Below, in pieces: positions 39,866 to 48,557 of a DNA stretch of 64,000 nt. Position numbers and translations under genes: made by a program. This DNA is from Verrucomicrobiia bacterium (GTDB lineage: Bacteria > Verrucomicrobiota > Verrucomicrobiia > Limisphaerales > UBA1319), in contig OY760937.1 in assembly GCA_963664225.1 (NCBI GenBank), forward strand, positions 992,001 through 1,056,000, read 5' to 3'. The stretch's first letter is position 1. Each line of letters starts with the position of its first letter. A model generated the notes under the pieces. The model did not search any database. It saw nothing but the letters and a program-made list of their open reading frames with translations, and was not told the origin of the DNA.

Positions 39866-41587
39866 TCACTGCCTTTGCGCATTGATGCGGTAAAACGCCC
39901 GGTCCGTCGGTGGATCCGTATCCATGAGCGTGGCCGGGTTTCCGTCACCGGTAAACACCGGGGTCAGCGGTGTCCAGTTGGTGAAATTAATCGAGCGTTC
40001 CAATTGGTAGAGCCAGTTGGTCACGCTGGGGAATTCCACCCGCATGATCGATCCATTGGTGAATCCTGCCTGCATCGTGAATACAGGAGGTTCAGCAATC
40101 TCCATTAACACCAATGAAAGATCATCCGCGCTGGCGTAGTTGTTCGTGGAGGTGGTTGAATTGGATTTGGCCTCCAGGAGCAACTCGATCCGGCGCGTGC
40201 CCAAGGGTAGCTGACCGGTTGTGGTTTGTTCCACCAAACTGATTCCATTGGTGGCACCGTCGGTGATCATTCCACCCACGCTATTGGTGGCCAGCATCTG
40301 CCCGTTTTCAGATAGAAAACGAGCGGTCAGCGTCATGCGTTGATTCCGGTTGGTGGATCCACTAAGAAACCCAGAGAGTTGATACTGGACGCCCCGACCG
40401 TCGATTTGGGACGAAAACCCGGTTACATCGAGCGTTTGCGAGATGCTGTTGCTGAGGCCCACTCCGCCCAGGAAACAATTCACTCCGCGATTCGTGGGAC
40501 CCGGACTCGCGAACGAAGGAAAATTCGTGTTCGCTCCATAACGGCCCAGTGTCAGGCCGGTCACATCCCACCACCAGGCTATGCCGCGGTTGGGAGTCAG
40601 GTTGTTCGTGCCGCTGTTGGATTCCGCGTCGCCATTAAAGATGAGATTCGTGCCAAAGCGGGCAGGGGGCCTCGCCAACCCTTCCACCCGCGCGTCGAGG
40701 TTCCATGCGGGATCGATGGGCACTTCCATGTGGGTGAGAACCGTCGCGCAAACGTCCACAATGCTGGGTGTTGGATACATGATTCCCGGTGCCACGGATG
40801 GACCGCTGAGTATGTGAAAAGTGACGCGCGACTGTTCCACCGTGCTGTCATGTTGCCCGTGGTCGGTCAGGATGATGACGAGCCAATTCTCCTGCGCATA
40901 GGTCGTGCGGTGGGTCATCGCATCGATGATTTGCCCCACGCGTCCGTCCGCAAGTTCGATCTCATGCACATACTGTGGAACCGTCGGTCCCCAGCCGTAA
41001 GTGTGCCCGGCTGAATCCACATCGAGCAAGATGGTGTAAAACACGTCGGGATTTCCATTCGTGAGGAGTTTGCACGTGGCGGTTGTAATGGCGGCATCCG
41101 AACTGAAATTGGTGACCCCATCGGTTCCCTTAAGGACGTTGGACAGGTCAGCCCAGCGGGTGAACGCCACAGTGGTGAGATTGCTGTTCACCGACTCCAG
41201 GCGCTGCATGAAGCTCGGGTATAAATCAAACCGGTTTCCCGCAAAGCTGTTGCCCGGGTCGTTGACGCCGTGCCTATCGCCCCACACTCCGGTGAACATG
41301 CTCGACCAGCAGGCCGCGCTGTGGGTGACGGGATGCGTCACCACGCGATCGGAGAAGGCCCCATTCGTCCTGAGGGCATCGAGATTGGGCGTGTGCGCCA
41401 CTGCGAGGGAGTCGGGACGCGTTCCATCGATGCCGATAATGAGAACCTTCTTCTTTAAGGGTTCGGCCAGGGTGGTGCCCAGAGAAAGGGTGAGAATGCA
41501 GGCCACACCGATCCGCCAAAGCACCGATGTGAAAGGCGGCTTTAAAAGACCACGGGTCATGGTGAATGTTTTTTTATATTTCCCCAT
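39866..41587 (-). CDS. Secreted alkaline-phosphatase-superfamily (nucleotide pyrophosphatase-like) protein with a beta-sandwich domain and C-terminal FYR domain
   Basis: KVLIIGIDG, THSAACWSSMFTG, DSAGH, TDHG metal-binding motifs; ends AFYRINAQRQ. Confidence 0.85.
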   Translation of the reverse strand: MGKYKKTFTMTRGLLKPPFTSVLWRIGVACILTLSLGTTLAEPLKKKVLIIGIDGTRPDSLAVAHTPNLDALRTNGAFSDRVVTHPVTHSAACWSSMFTGVWGDRHGVNDPGNSFAGNRFDLYPSFMQRLESVNSNLTTVAFTRWADLSNVLKGTDGVTNFSSDAAITTATCKLLTNGNPDVFYTILLDVDSAGHTYGWGPTVPQYVHEIELADGRVGQIIDAMTHRTTYAQENWLVIILTDHGQHDSTVEQSRVTFHILSGPSVAPGIMYPTPSIVDVCATVLTHMEVPIDPAWNLDARVEGLARPPARFGTNLIFNGDAESNSGTNNLTPNRGIAWWWDVTGLTLGRYGANTNFPSFASPGPTNRGVNCFLGGVGLSNSISQTLDVTGFSSQIDGRGVQYQLSGFLSGSTNRNQRMTLTARFLSENGQMLATNSVGGMITDGATNGISLVEQTTTGQLPLGTRRIELLLEAKSNSTTSTNNYASADDLSLVLMEIAEPPVFTMQAGFTNGSIMRVEFPSVTNWLYQLERSINFTNWTPLTPVFTGDGNPATLMDTDPPTDRAFYRINAQRQ

Positions 41588-41676
41588 GTCCCGGAGACTA
41601 TTCCTCCGGCGCGCTTCGTCAATCGTGCATTGCGCCTGGACTTCGAGGGGTTGACAGGAGCATCCCGCGAAAAAGA

Positions 41677-41705
41677 AAAATGCTGGCGGAGTACGCCAGC
41701 ATTTT
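41677..41705. terminator. Bidirectional-looking intrinsic terminator downstream of the 1234-aa gene
   Basis: AAAATGCTGGCG-GAGTA-CGCCAGCATTTT perfect stem with A/T tracts on both sides. Confidence 0.8.
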
Positions 41706-41804
41706 GTCGTTTTTATTATTTATCGGACTGCTGGCAGCACTCGCGGGGAGGCTGCCAGCGCCTTGGAAAATCGATCATGAATTCATGATCGGAATCTATC
41801 TTGC

Positions 41805-44800
41805 TCAACGCAGACGATAGAACTTCTGGGTGCCTTGAGAGGCCTTCGGCAAAACCACAGGATTGGTCGGCGAGGGCACATCGGTCCAGGTGCCCGGGAT
41901 CGTATCAGCCGATTGGAGGGTGCCTGCTCCGGTCCACGAGATGGAGACATCGGTGCCTTGTTTGGTGGCGGTCAATTTACCCGCAGGCTGCGAAGGTTTC
42001 GATCCCGTGATCTTGATGTTATCGAAGGCGCCCGTGATGCTGTCGCCTTCAGCGCGCGTATAAACGCCGACCGCGAATTGGATTCCCGAAGAGAACGGGA
42101 AGGCCACTTCAGCGCCAAGCACACCATCCAGATAGATCTTCACTGTCGATCCATCGGCGAGGAGCTTGATGTGATGCAGACCAAGGTCGTCAAACGTGCC
42201 GCCATTGAAGGCCGCGATATCCGTGCCGCCACCGTTGACGTTGTCTCCAGCCTGGCCGATGTACCGGTTATAGGTCCAGCCCAAGCCGCCTTCGGTCAAA
42301 TCGGAAAAGAACACGAAGTTCGTTCCGCTCGTAATCCACACGCTAGTGCGTAGACCAGTGGCTCCGCCTACGTTATCGGTCAGAGAAACGCGATCCACTT
42401 CATAGATGATCGGATCAATTACCGAGGCGATATAGGTGTTCGTGGTTGCGACGCTGATGCCGCCCCAATAATTGCTTGTGCAAGTGGCGGTGAATTCGAG
42501 TTGTCCGTTCACCACTGTGGCTGTCCCGTCCACCATGCCCGTCTCAAACGGAGCAATCCTGGTCGCCCATACATTGGTGTCCAGAACGGCTGAATCGAAG
42601 TTTTCTGTAAACAACGTTTCGGGCGTGGCCATCGATGTGACGGCAACGGTGGTCGAGGCGGTCAACCCGGCCGGATTGGCGATCGTCAGGGTGGTTGTAC
42701 CTTTGGCCACGCGAACGACTTCGAAGGTCTGGGCGTTCGGCGCGCCTGCGGCGAAGTTGAGGGTCAACGTGCCGGCAGTAGCTCCCACCGGAATGGCAAT
42801 CGCCGGGTTGGCGCTGGTGACTGTCACTTGAACCGCATTACTCTGATTGAGAATGCGTGGGATGGACACGGTCACCACAGGATTGGTTTGACCGGCCTCG
42901 AGCAGTACCGTCGTGGGTTGCGCCACGATGGCAGGCATGGCCCCGACAATCTTCACGTTGTCGAAGACGCCGACGATCGTGTCAGGGTAGGTGCGGGCAT
43001 ACGCGCCGAAGCCAAAACGAATTCCATTGGTCACGGCGAACGGAACTTCGACTCCGAAGACGTCGTCCAGATAGAATTTCACCGATGTGCCGTTGGCCAG
43101 CAATTTGGCGTGGTGGTTGCCGTGGTCGTTGAATTGCACCGCGTCAAACGGGGCGATGTTATTGCCGACGCGGAAATCACCGCCGGGCAGATTATACGTC
43201 CAGCCGCCTTCGTTCGGGTTTTCAGAAAACAGGACGAATTTCGCGCCTGTGAGGTCGGTGATCCAGAAACTGGTGCGGGTTGCCGCGCCTGTTTCGGCGT
43301 GCGAGACGCGATCCATCTCGAAGCTCACCGGAGCCGTTTGCGAGGCAGAGAACGCATCCACGGTATCCAGGGTCAATCCGCCCCACCAGATGTTGGCCGC
43401 GTCGCTCAAGGCGCCAGAGGTCACTGTGAATTTGACCGCGCCGTTGGCCAATACCACCGACGAATTGGTGGTTGTGCCGAGTGACTCAAGCGTGGTTGGG
43501 CCGCTACGCCACTTGGAGGAGTCAATGGTTGCGCCACTGAAATCGTCCGTGAACAGCGTCGGCAAAACCACCGTTGCGGTGACATTGACGCCGCTGGCCA
43601 CAGCGACTCCCTGGACATTGGTGATGTCGAGCGTGGTGGTGCCAGGCCCGGTCAGATCAATATTGAAGGTCTTGTTGGTGGGACCGCCTGCGGCAAAGTC
43701 CAGATTATAGACACCTGCTGTTGCGCCTTCCACCGTTGCCACTGCTGTGTTGCGGCTGGTTATTACAACGCGTGCCGGACTGCTTTCGACGAGCAAACGC
43801 GGAACGCTGACATTCACAACCAGGCCTGTTTGGCCCACATTCCCGGTTACGTCCGGAGGATTCACCGTAATTGGAGGAAGGACCGTCGAAATTTTGGCGT
43901 TGTCGTAAACGGCCGTGACTGTGTCATTCAGGGCGCGAGAGAAGGTTCCCAATTCGAAATAGATTCCAGTCTGCTGAGCAAACGCGTAGCGCCCACCCGA
44001 GATTCCGTCCACAAATACGTCCACGCCTTGACCATCGGCAACCACTTTGATGTGGTGATTACCCAGAGTGTTGAGCGAGGCATTCAGCGCCGGGATCAAG
44101 GTTCCGCCACCGGTGGGATTGCCGGGATTGACGTTGATCATCCAGCCACCTTCATCCGTATTATGAGATACCGAGACGAATTGAGACCGGTCAGCATTTG
44201 CAATTAAAATGCCTGTCCGCGCTGCTGTGCCTGATTCCACAACGGACACGCGATCCACTTCGCAGACGAGGTTGAGTTCCCTGGTCGCCACGAAGCTGTT
44301 TACCGTCTTGACCCTGGTTCCACCCCAATACTGCGCGATGTCCAGCGCGCCATTGACCACCAGGGTTCCGCCGGTCTGGTTCACCGTGAAGGTGCCGGAG
44401 CCTGTCTCAAATGCCGCGTTATCGACCTGCCACTTGGCGGTGTCGAGGGTTGCACCTGAAAAGTCATCCTGCATGAGCGTGCCGATGGGAGGCAGAACAA
44501 TCACATTAATAAGATTATTACCTATTGGGAATGATCCATCCCCAGTCAGGGTGATCTGGGCCGCACCCGAACCGATCGATTGAACGGCAAAGGTCTGGAC
44601 TGTCGGCCCGCCCGCTGCAAAGGTCATGGTCAGGGTTCCGGCAACTGCGCCAACAGGGGTGGCGATTGTCGGATCGCTGCTCACCAATTGCACCTGGACC
44701 GGCGTGGTGGCGTTGAGACCTGTCGGAATATGAACCGACAGATTCGTCGCGGTTTGATTCGGACTCAACGTGAGTGCGCCGGTCGTCAGATAGGCCACTT

Positions 44801-45509
44801 CGACCGCTTCAACGCTGAAATTATCATAGGCGTCATTGACTACATCGGGGGGGGTGCCTGTAGCCCGGCCATAGCTGCCGACCTGAAAGACAATTCCGTT
44901 CGAGAATGGGAAATCCACCTCGGCTCCGAATATGCCGTCCAGATAGAGTTTGACGGTTTTTCCATTGGCAATCGCCTTCATCTGGTGCTGGCCGCCGTCA
45001 TCAAATGCCGCGCCATCGAACGCGTTGATATTAACGCCACTGCCCAATGCAACATCGTCGCTTCGCCCGATCTTGCGGTTGTAACGCCATCCGCCCTCTT
45101 TATAAACCTCCGCGAACAAGACGTAATAGGTCCTTGTGGCATCGGTGATCCACAATGCGCTGCGGGATGCCGTGCCCGTGCTGTAGTCGTAGAGGCGATC
45201 CACGGTGCATACGAGGTTCGTTTCATTTGACGCTGTAAACGTGGGGATGGTTGCCAGGGCAGTCCCCGGCCAGTAATTGCCCGTCACAGTTCCGCCAAAT
45301 GTGAGTATTCCGCCGCCCTCGGTGGCAGTGATGTCACTCGAACCGCTTTCGAATGGGCGTCCATCGATCCTCCACTTGGCAGTATCGATGGAAGACCCAT
45401 CGAATGTATCACTGAATAGAACCTGCGATGCACTAGCTCGAATGCCGAAGATTCCCGCGGCTACGCCGAGGGCGGCCAAGCGACCGAACCAACGATTTGA
45501 TATAAACAT
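41805..45509 (-). CDS. Large secreted repeat protein: four lectin/ConA-like domains alternating with three Ig-like domains, C-terminal FYR domain
   Basis: Signal peptide. Repeats begin LFSDTFDG/LMQDDFSG/LFTDDFSG/LFTENFDS and share WxG, GW and DxxxG motifs. Ends KFYRLR. Confidence 0.8.
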   Translation of the reverse strand: MFISNRWFGRLAALGVAAGIFGIRASASQVLFSDTFDGSSIDTAKWRIDGRPFESGSSDITATEGGGILTFGGTVTGNYWPGTALATIPTFTASNETNLVCTVDRLYDYSTGTASRSALWITDATRTYYVLFAEVYKEGGWRYNRKIGRSDDVALGSGVNINAFDGAAFDDGGQHQMKAIANGKTVKLYLDGIFGAEVDFPFSNGIVFQVGSYGRATGTPPDVVNDAYDNFSVEAVEVAYLTTGALTLSPNQTATNLSVHIPTGLNATTPVQVQLVSSDPTIATPVGAVAGTLTMTFAAGGPTVQTFAVQSIGSGAAQITLTGDGSFPIGNNLINVIVLPPIGTLMQDDFSGATLDTAKWQVDNAAFETGSGTFTVNQTGGTLVVNGALDIAQYWGGTRVKTVNSFVATRELNLVCEVDRVSVVESGTAARTGILIANADRSQFVSVSHNTDEGGWMINVNPGNPTGGGTLIPALNASLNTLGNHHIKVVADGQGVDVFVDGISGGRYAFAQQTGIYFELGTFSRALNDTVTAVYDNAKISTVLPPITVNPPDVTGNVGQTGLVVNVSVPRLLVESSPARVVITSRNTAVATVEGATAGVYNLDFAAGGPTNKTFNIDLTGPGTTTLDITNVQGVAVASGVNVTATVVLPTLFTDDFSGATIDSSKWRSGPTTLESLGTTTNSSVVLANGAVKFTVTSGALSDAANIWWGGLTLDTVDAFSASQTAPVSFEMDRVSHAETGAATRTSFWITDLTGAKFVLFSENPNEGGWTYNLPGGDFRVGNNIAPFDAVQFNDHGNHHAKLLANGTSVKFYLDDVFGVEVPFAVTNGIRFGFGAYARTYPDTIVGVFDNVKIVGAMPAIVAQPTTVLLEAGQTNPVVTVSIPRILNQSNAVQVTVTSANPAIAIPVGATAGTLTLNFAAGAPNAQTFEVVRVAKGTTTLTIANPAGLTASTTVAVTSMATPETLFTENFDSAVLDTNVWATRIAPFETGMVDGTATVVNGQLEFTATCTSNYWGGISVATTNTYIASVIDPIIYEVDRVSLTDNVGGATGLRTSVWITSGTNFVFFSDLTEGGLGWTYNRYIGQAGDNVNGGGTDIAAFNGGTFDDLGLHHIKLLADGSTVKIYLDGVLGAEVAFPFSSGIQFAVGVYTRAEGDSITGAFDNIKITGSKPSQPAGKLTATKQGTDVSISWTGAGTLQSADTIPGTWTDVPSPTNPVVLPKASQGTQKFYRLR

Positions 45510-45879
45510 GCGACTCCTAGGTTGATGTTTGCTGTTATTTCTGGGTTGTCACTGCCAAGACTAAGGCATGTGCCTTGATCGATCAAGTGTCTTTTTCGTC
45601 TGTTTTGCAATTTATTTGCCCTGCATTAACCTTGAAAACATATGCGTAACATATTAATATGTAGTATGTTATGGTCTTTCAAACAGGGTTGTTGCAATAT
45701 AGTGCTAATTTTTGCTGTTTTTATGCTAGTTTTCGTTGTCCAGGATGTTTTCCGGGTGGTCTGTGCTGGTTTGAACGGTGTTGGTTTTCCAAACGAGAAC
45801 GGGCTTGTGAGGGTTGCTTTGGCCTTGCGGCAGCGAATGACGGCCACTAGTTTACGACTGCATTGGTGAAAAATCGATC

Positions 45880-47238
45880 ATGCCGAAGGTTTTCTTAAAG
45901 ACATACGGTTGTCAGATGAATGAGCGCGACTCGGAAGCGGTCGCGGCTCAATTGGTGTCCCGTGGTTATGCGCTGACCGAGTCCGAGTCGGACGCGGATG
46001 TCGTGCTCTTAAATACTTGCAGCGTGAGGGACGCCGCGGAGTTAAAGGCGGTGGGGAAAATGAAATTCCTGGCGGCTGATTTCCGAAAGCAGAAGCGGAA
46101 GGTGGTCCTTGGATTCATGGGTTGCATGGCCCAGGCCCGAGGCCGGGGGCTTTTGGAGGAGATGCCGCAGGTAAATCTCGTCATCGGCACTCAGAAGTCT
46201 CATAAAATGGCGGATTATCTGGACGCGGCCCTGGCGGGCAAGGCTTTGCAAGTTTGCGATATCGCCGAGGAAGTCGGCAGCCAGTCCAAGGTGCATGAGC
46301 ATCTGAGTGTATTGCCCGGAGGTGAGGCGCCGGTTTCCGCCTTCGTGAGCATCATGCAGGGGTGCAACCAGTACTGCACTTTTTGTATTGTGCCGCAAAC
46401 GCGCGGCATGGAGCGCAGCCGGTCGATTGAGGAAATCGTGGCTGAGGCGCGTGCGCTGGTCGCGCAGGGAATACGGGAAATCACCTTGTTGGGTCAGATT
46501 GTCACCAGTTTCGGACGGCGTGAGATACCGGAAAAGGATGGCAAATCGGCCTTCGTGCAGTTGATAGAAGCGGTGCATGATATCGAGGGATTGGAGCGCA
46601 TCCGATTCACTGCGCCGCATCCCAAGGGCTTCGGCGAGGACTTGATCGAGGCGTATGGGAGATTGGCCAAGTTGTGTCCCAGCGCGCACATTCCCATTCA
46701 AAGCGGCAGTGACCGGATACTCAAGCTCATGCATCGGGGTTATACCGCGGAACGCTGCCTGGAAATCATTGCAAAATTGCGTCGCGTTCATCCCTCATTG
46801 GGTTTGACCACAGATATCATTGCGGGATTCCCCGGGGAAACCGAAGAGGATTTCGAGCAAACCCTTGCCTTGGTCAGAGCGGCGGAGTTCGACAACGCCT
46901 ATCTCTTCAAGTATTCCCCACGCCAGGGAACGCCTGCGGCGGAAATGCCCGGGCAAGTGTCCCAGGAGGATAAGGAATCGCGACACGCACGAATGTTGGA
47001 ATTAGTGAACGCCATTGCGGCGCGCCGTTACGAACAATTGGTCGGCACGGAGGTTCAGGTGCTGGTCGAGGGACCGAGCAAAAGGAATTCCGCACGATTG
47101 ACGGGACGCACGCGATGCAACAAGATTGTGGTCTTTGAAGGTTCGGACCGGCATCGGGGCCAAGTGCTGGACCTGAAGATAGACAGGGCGGGGGCATTCA
47201 CCCTTTATGGGGACCCGGCCTGGGTGAATTTGGAATAA
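45880..47238 (+). CDS. miaB: tRNA-2-methylthio-N6-isopentenyladenosine synthase
   Basis: TYGCQMNERDSE, NTCSVR, GCNQYCTFCIVP radical-SAM motif, C-terminal TRAM domain. Confidence 0.96.
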   Translation: MPKVFLKTYGCQMNERDSEAVAAQLVSRGYALTESESDADVVLLNTCSVRDAAELKAVGKMKFLAADFRKQKRKVVLGFMGCMAQARGRGLLEEMPQVNLVIGTQKSHKMADYLDAALAGKALQVCDIAEEVGSQSKVHEHLSVLPGGEAPVSAFVSIMQGCNQYCTFCIVPQTRGMERSRSIEEIVAEARALVAQGIREITLLGQIVTSFGRREIPEKDGKSAFVQLIEAVHDIEGLERIRFTAPHPKGFGEDLIEAYGRLAKLCPSAHIPIQSGSDRILKLMHRGYTAERCLEIIAKLRRVHPSLGLTTDIIAGFPGETEEDFEQTLALVRAAEFDNAYLFKYSPRQGTPAAEMPGQVSQEDKESRHARMLELVNAIAARRYEQLVGTEVQVLVEGPSKRNSARLTGRTRCNKIVVFEGSDRHRGQVLDLKIDRAGAFTLYGDPAWVNLE

Positions 47239-47258
47239 CCATTGTCCCATTGGGCTGA

Positions 47259-47798
47259 ATGAAATTATCGACGTTGGCGGTGATATTAGGCGTGGTGGTA
47301 TCCCTTGTGCAATTGATCGGATTGTCGCGTCCAGTCGCATTTGGCGCGGCGGCGCGCAAGTTTCCGCGCTCGCTGACCTGGGGTTACGCGCTGGTGGCTG
47401 CGGCCACCTTCTGGTTTTTATACAACCTGAGTTTGGAGTCGGTGGCGGATTTTGCCTCCTACAAGCCGATGATGTTTGGCGGATTTGCACTGGTGGGGGC
47501 GCTGGTCTGCATCTTCATCCCTGATTTTTTGGCGGTGCGCGGCCTGGCGCTGATTCTAATGCTGGTTGGAAAACTGATGCTGGACAGCGCGCGATGGAAT
47601 GTCTCCCCGTGGCGCGTGGTCATCGTAATCTGGGCTTACCTGATGATTTGTGTTGGGATGTGGTTTACGGTTTCCCCGTGGCGCTGCCGCGATCTCATCA
47701 ATTGGGGTACCGCCAACGAGCAACGCATAAGAATCACCAGTGGACTGCGACTGGCCTTCGGCCTGTTCATCATTGTGCTGGGATTGATCGCGTTTTAA
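47259..47798 (+). CDS. Integral membrane protein, function unknown
   Basis: About six hydrophobic helices; starts 20 bp downstream of miaB. Confidence 0.75.
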   Translation: MKLSTLAVILGVVVSLVQLIGLSRPVAFGAAARKFPRSLTWGYALVAAATFWFLYNLSLESVADFASYKPMMFGGFALVGALVCIFIPDFLAVRGLALILMLVGKLMLDSARWNVSPWRVVIVIWAYLMICVGMWFTVSPWRCRDLINWGTANEQRIRITSGLRLAFGLFIIVLGLIAF

Positions 47799-47841
47799 GC
47801 GTTGGGGCTCCCGGTTTCCAAAGCGGTTTTTCAACCGACTC

Positions 47842-48414
47842 TTAAACATCCATGGCCATGCTATCGAGCTGCACGGCGTAAAGGATGCGTTTCTCAGCTT
47901 CAAGATTCAGCAGCGCAGGCAGCCACATTTTGGAAAGTTCTGCATTTTGTGTTTCACCAAAACGTTGTTGCCAGGCGGCTTCAAAAACCCTGACCAGGCA
48001 TTGACGAATCAATACCCGGTTTTGACGCCGGAACTGCCGCAAAGTCGATTCTGTGGGATAAGTCCTCGCGCAAAGATAGCGGAAGGTGGAGTCCTTCTCA
48101 GTCTCTCCTTCGATTTGCTCGGAAGGGAGCGTTCCAGAGGCGTAAGCGTAGGTCAGAAGCGTCAGAAGAACCTGTGGCCGTGGCGCATCTGAATTGCCAA
48201 AGCCCAAGCCTTGCTTCCAATGTGCCGGCTCGACCGCTTGCTGTGCTTCCAACACCACGCAGGCCAGTGTCCGCTCGTCAATCCACGTTCGCAAATCTGC
48301 GGGCATCATCTGTTTGCCTTCGTCCTGGCTGTTGTTTGGTACTGGCATAAGTCGATCACTTTCGATTTCCTGTTTATCCACGTTCCAAAGGTCGCTTATG
48401 AAAGTGACAAACAT
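47842..48414 (-). CDS. Stand-alone transposase N-terminal (DUF772 / IS1182-IS5-like) domain protein with no DDE domain
   Basis: PADLRTWI, LLTLLTYAYASG..PSEQIE, FRYLC...P...TLRQFRRQN. The true start may be 48348 or 48309. Confidence 0.7.
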   Translation of the reverse strand: MFVTFISDLWNVDKQEIESDRLMPVPNNSQDEGKQMMPADLRTWIDERTLACVVLEAQQAVEPAHWKQGLGFGNSDAPRPQVLLTLLTYAYASGTLPSEQIEGETEKDSTFRYLCARTYPTESTLRQFRRQNRVLIRQCLVRVFEAAWQQRFGETQNAELSKMWLPALLNLEAEKRILYAVQLDSMAMDV

Positions 48415-48557
48415 GTTACAATCATGAAAAAAGGGCGCGGTATTTCACGGTATATGTATAAACAATTGAATGCCAAATAATTACGTCAACATTAATTGTC
48501 GCCGATCGTAGTGGTGGAACCTGAAAAACGGGGGGTATCAGCCCGGAAGCGTCTGTC

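Noticed and set aside
47842..48414. Active insertion sequence
   Set aside because: No DDE catalytic domain, terminal inverted repeats or target duplication is visible.
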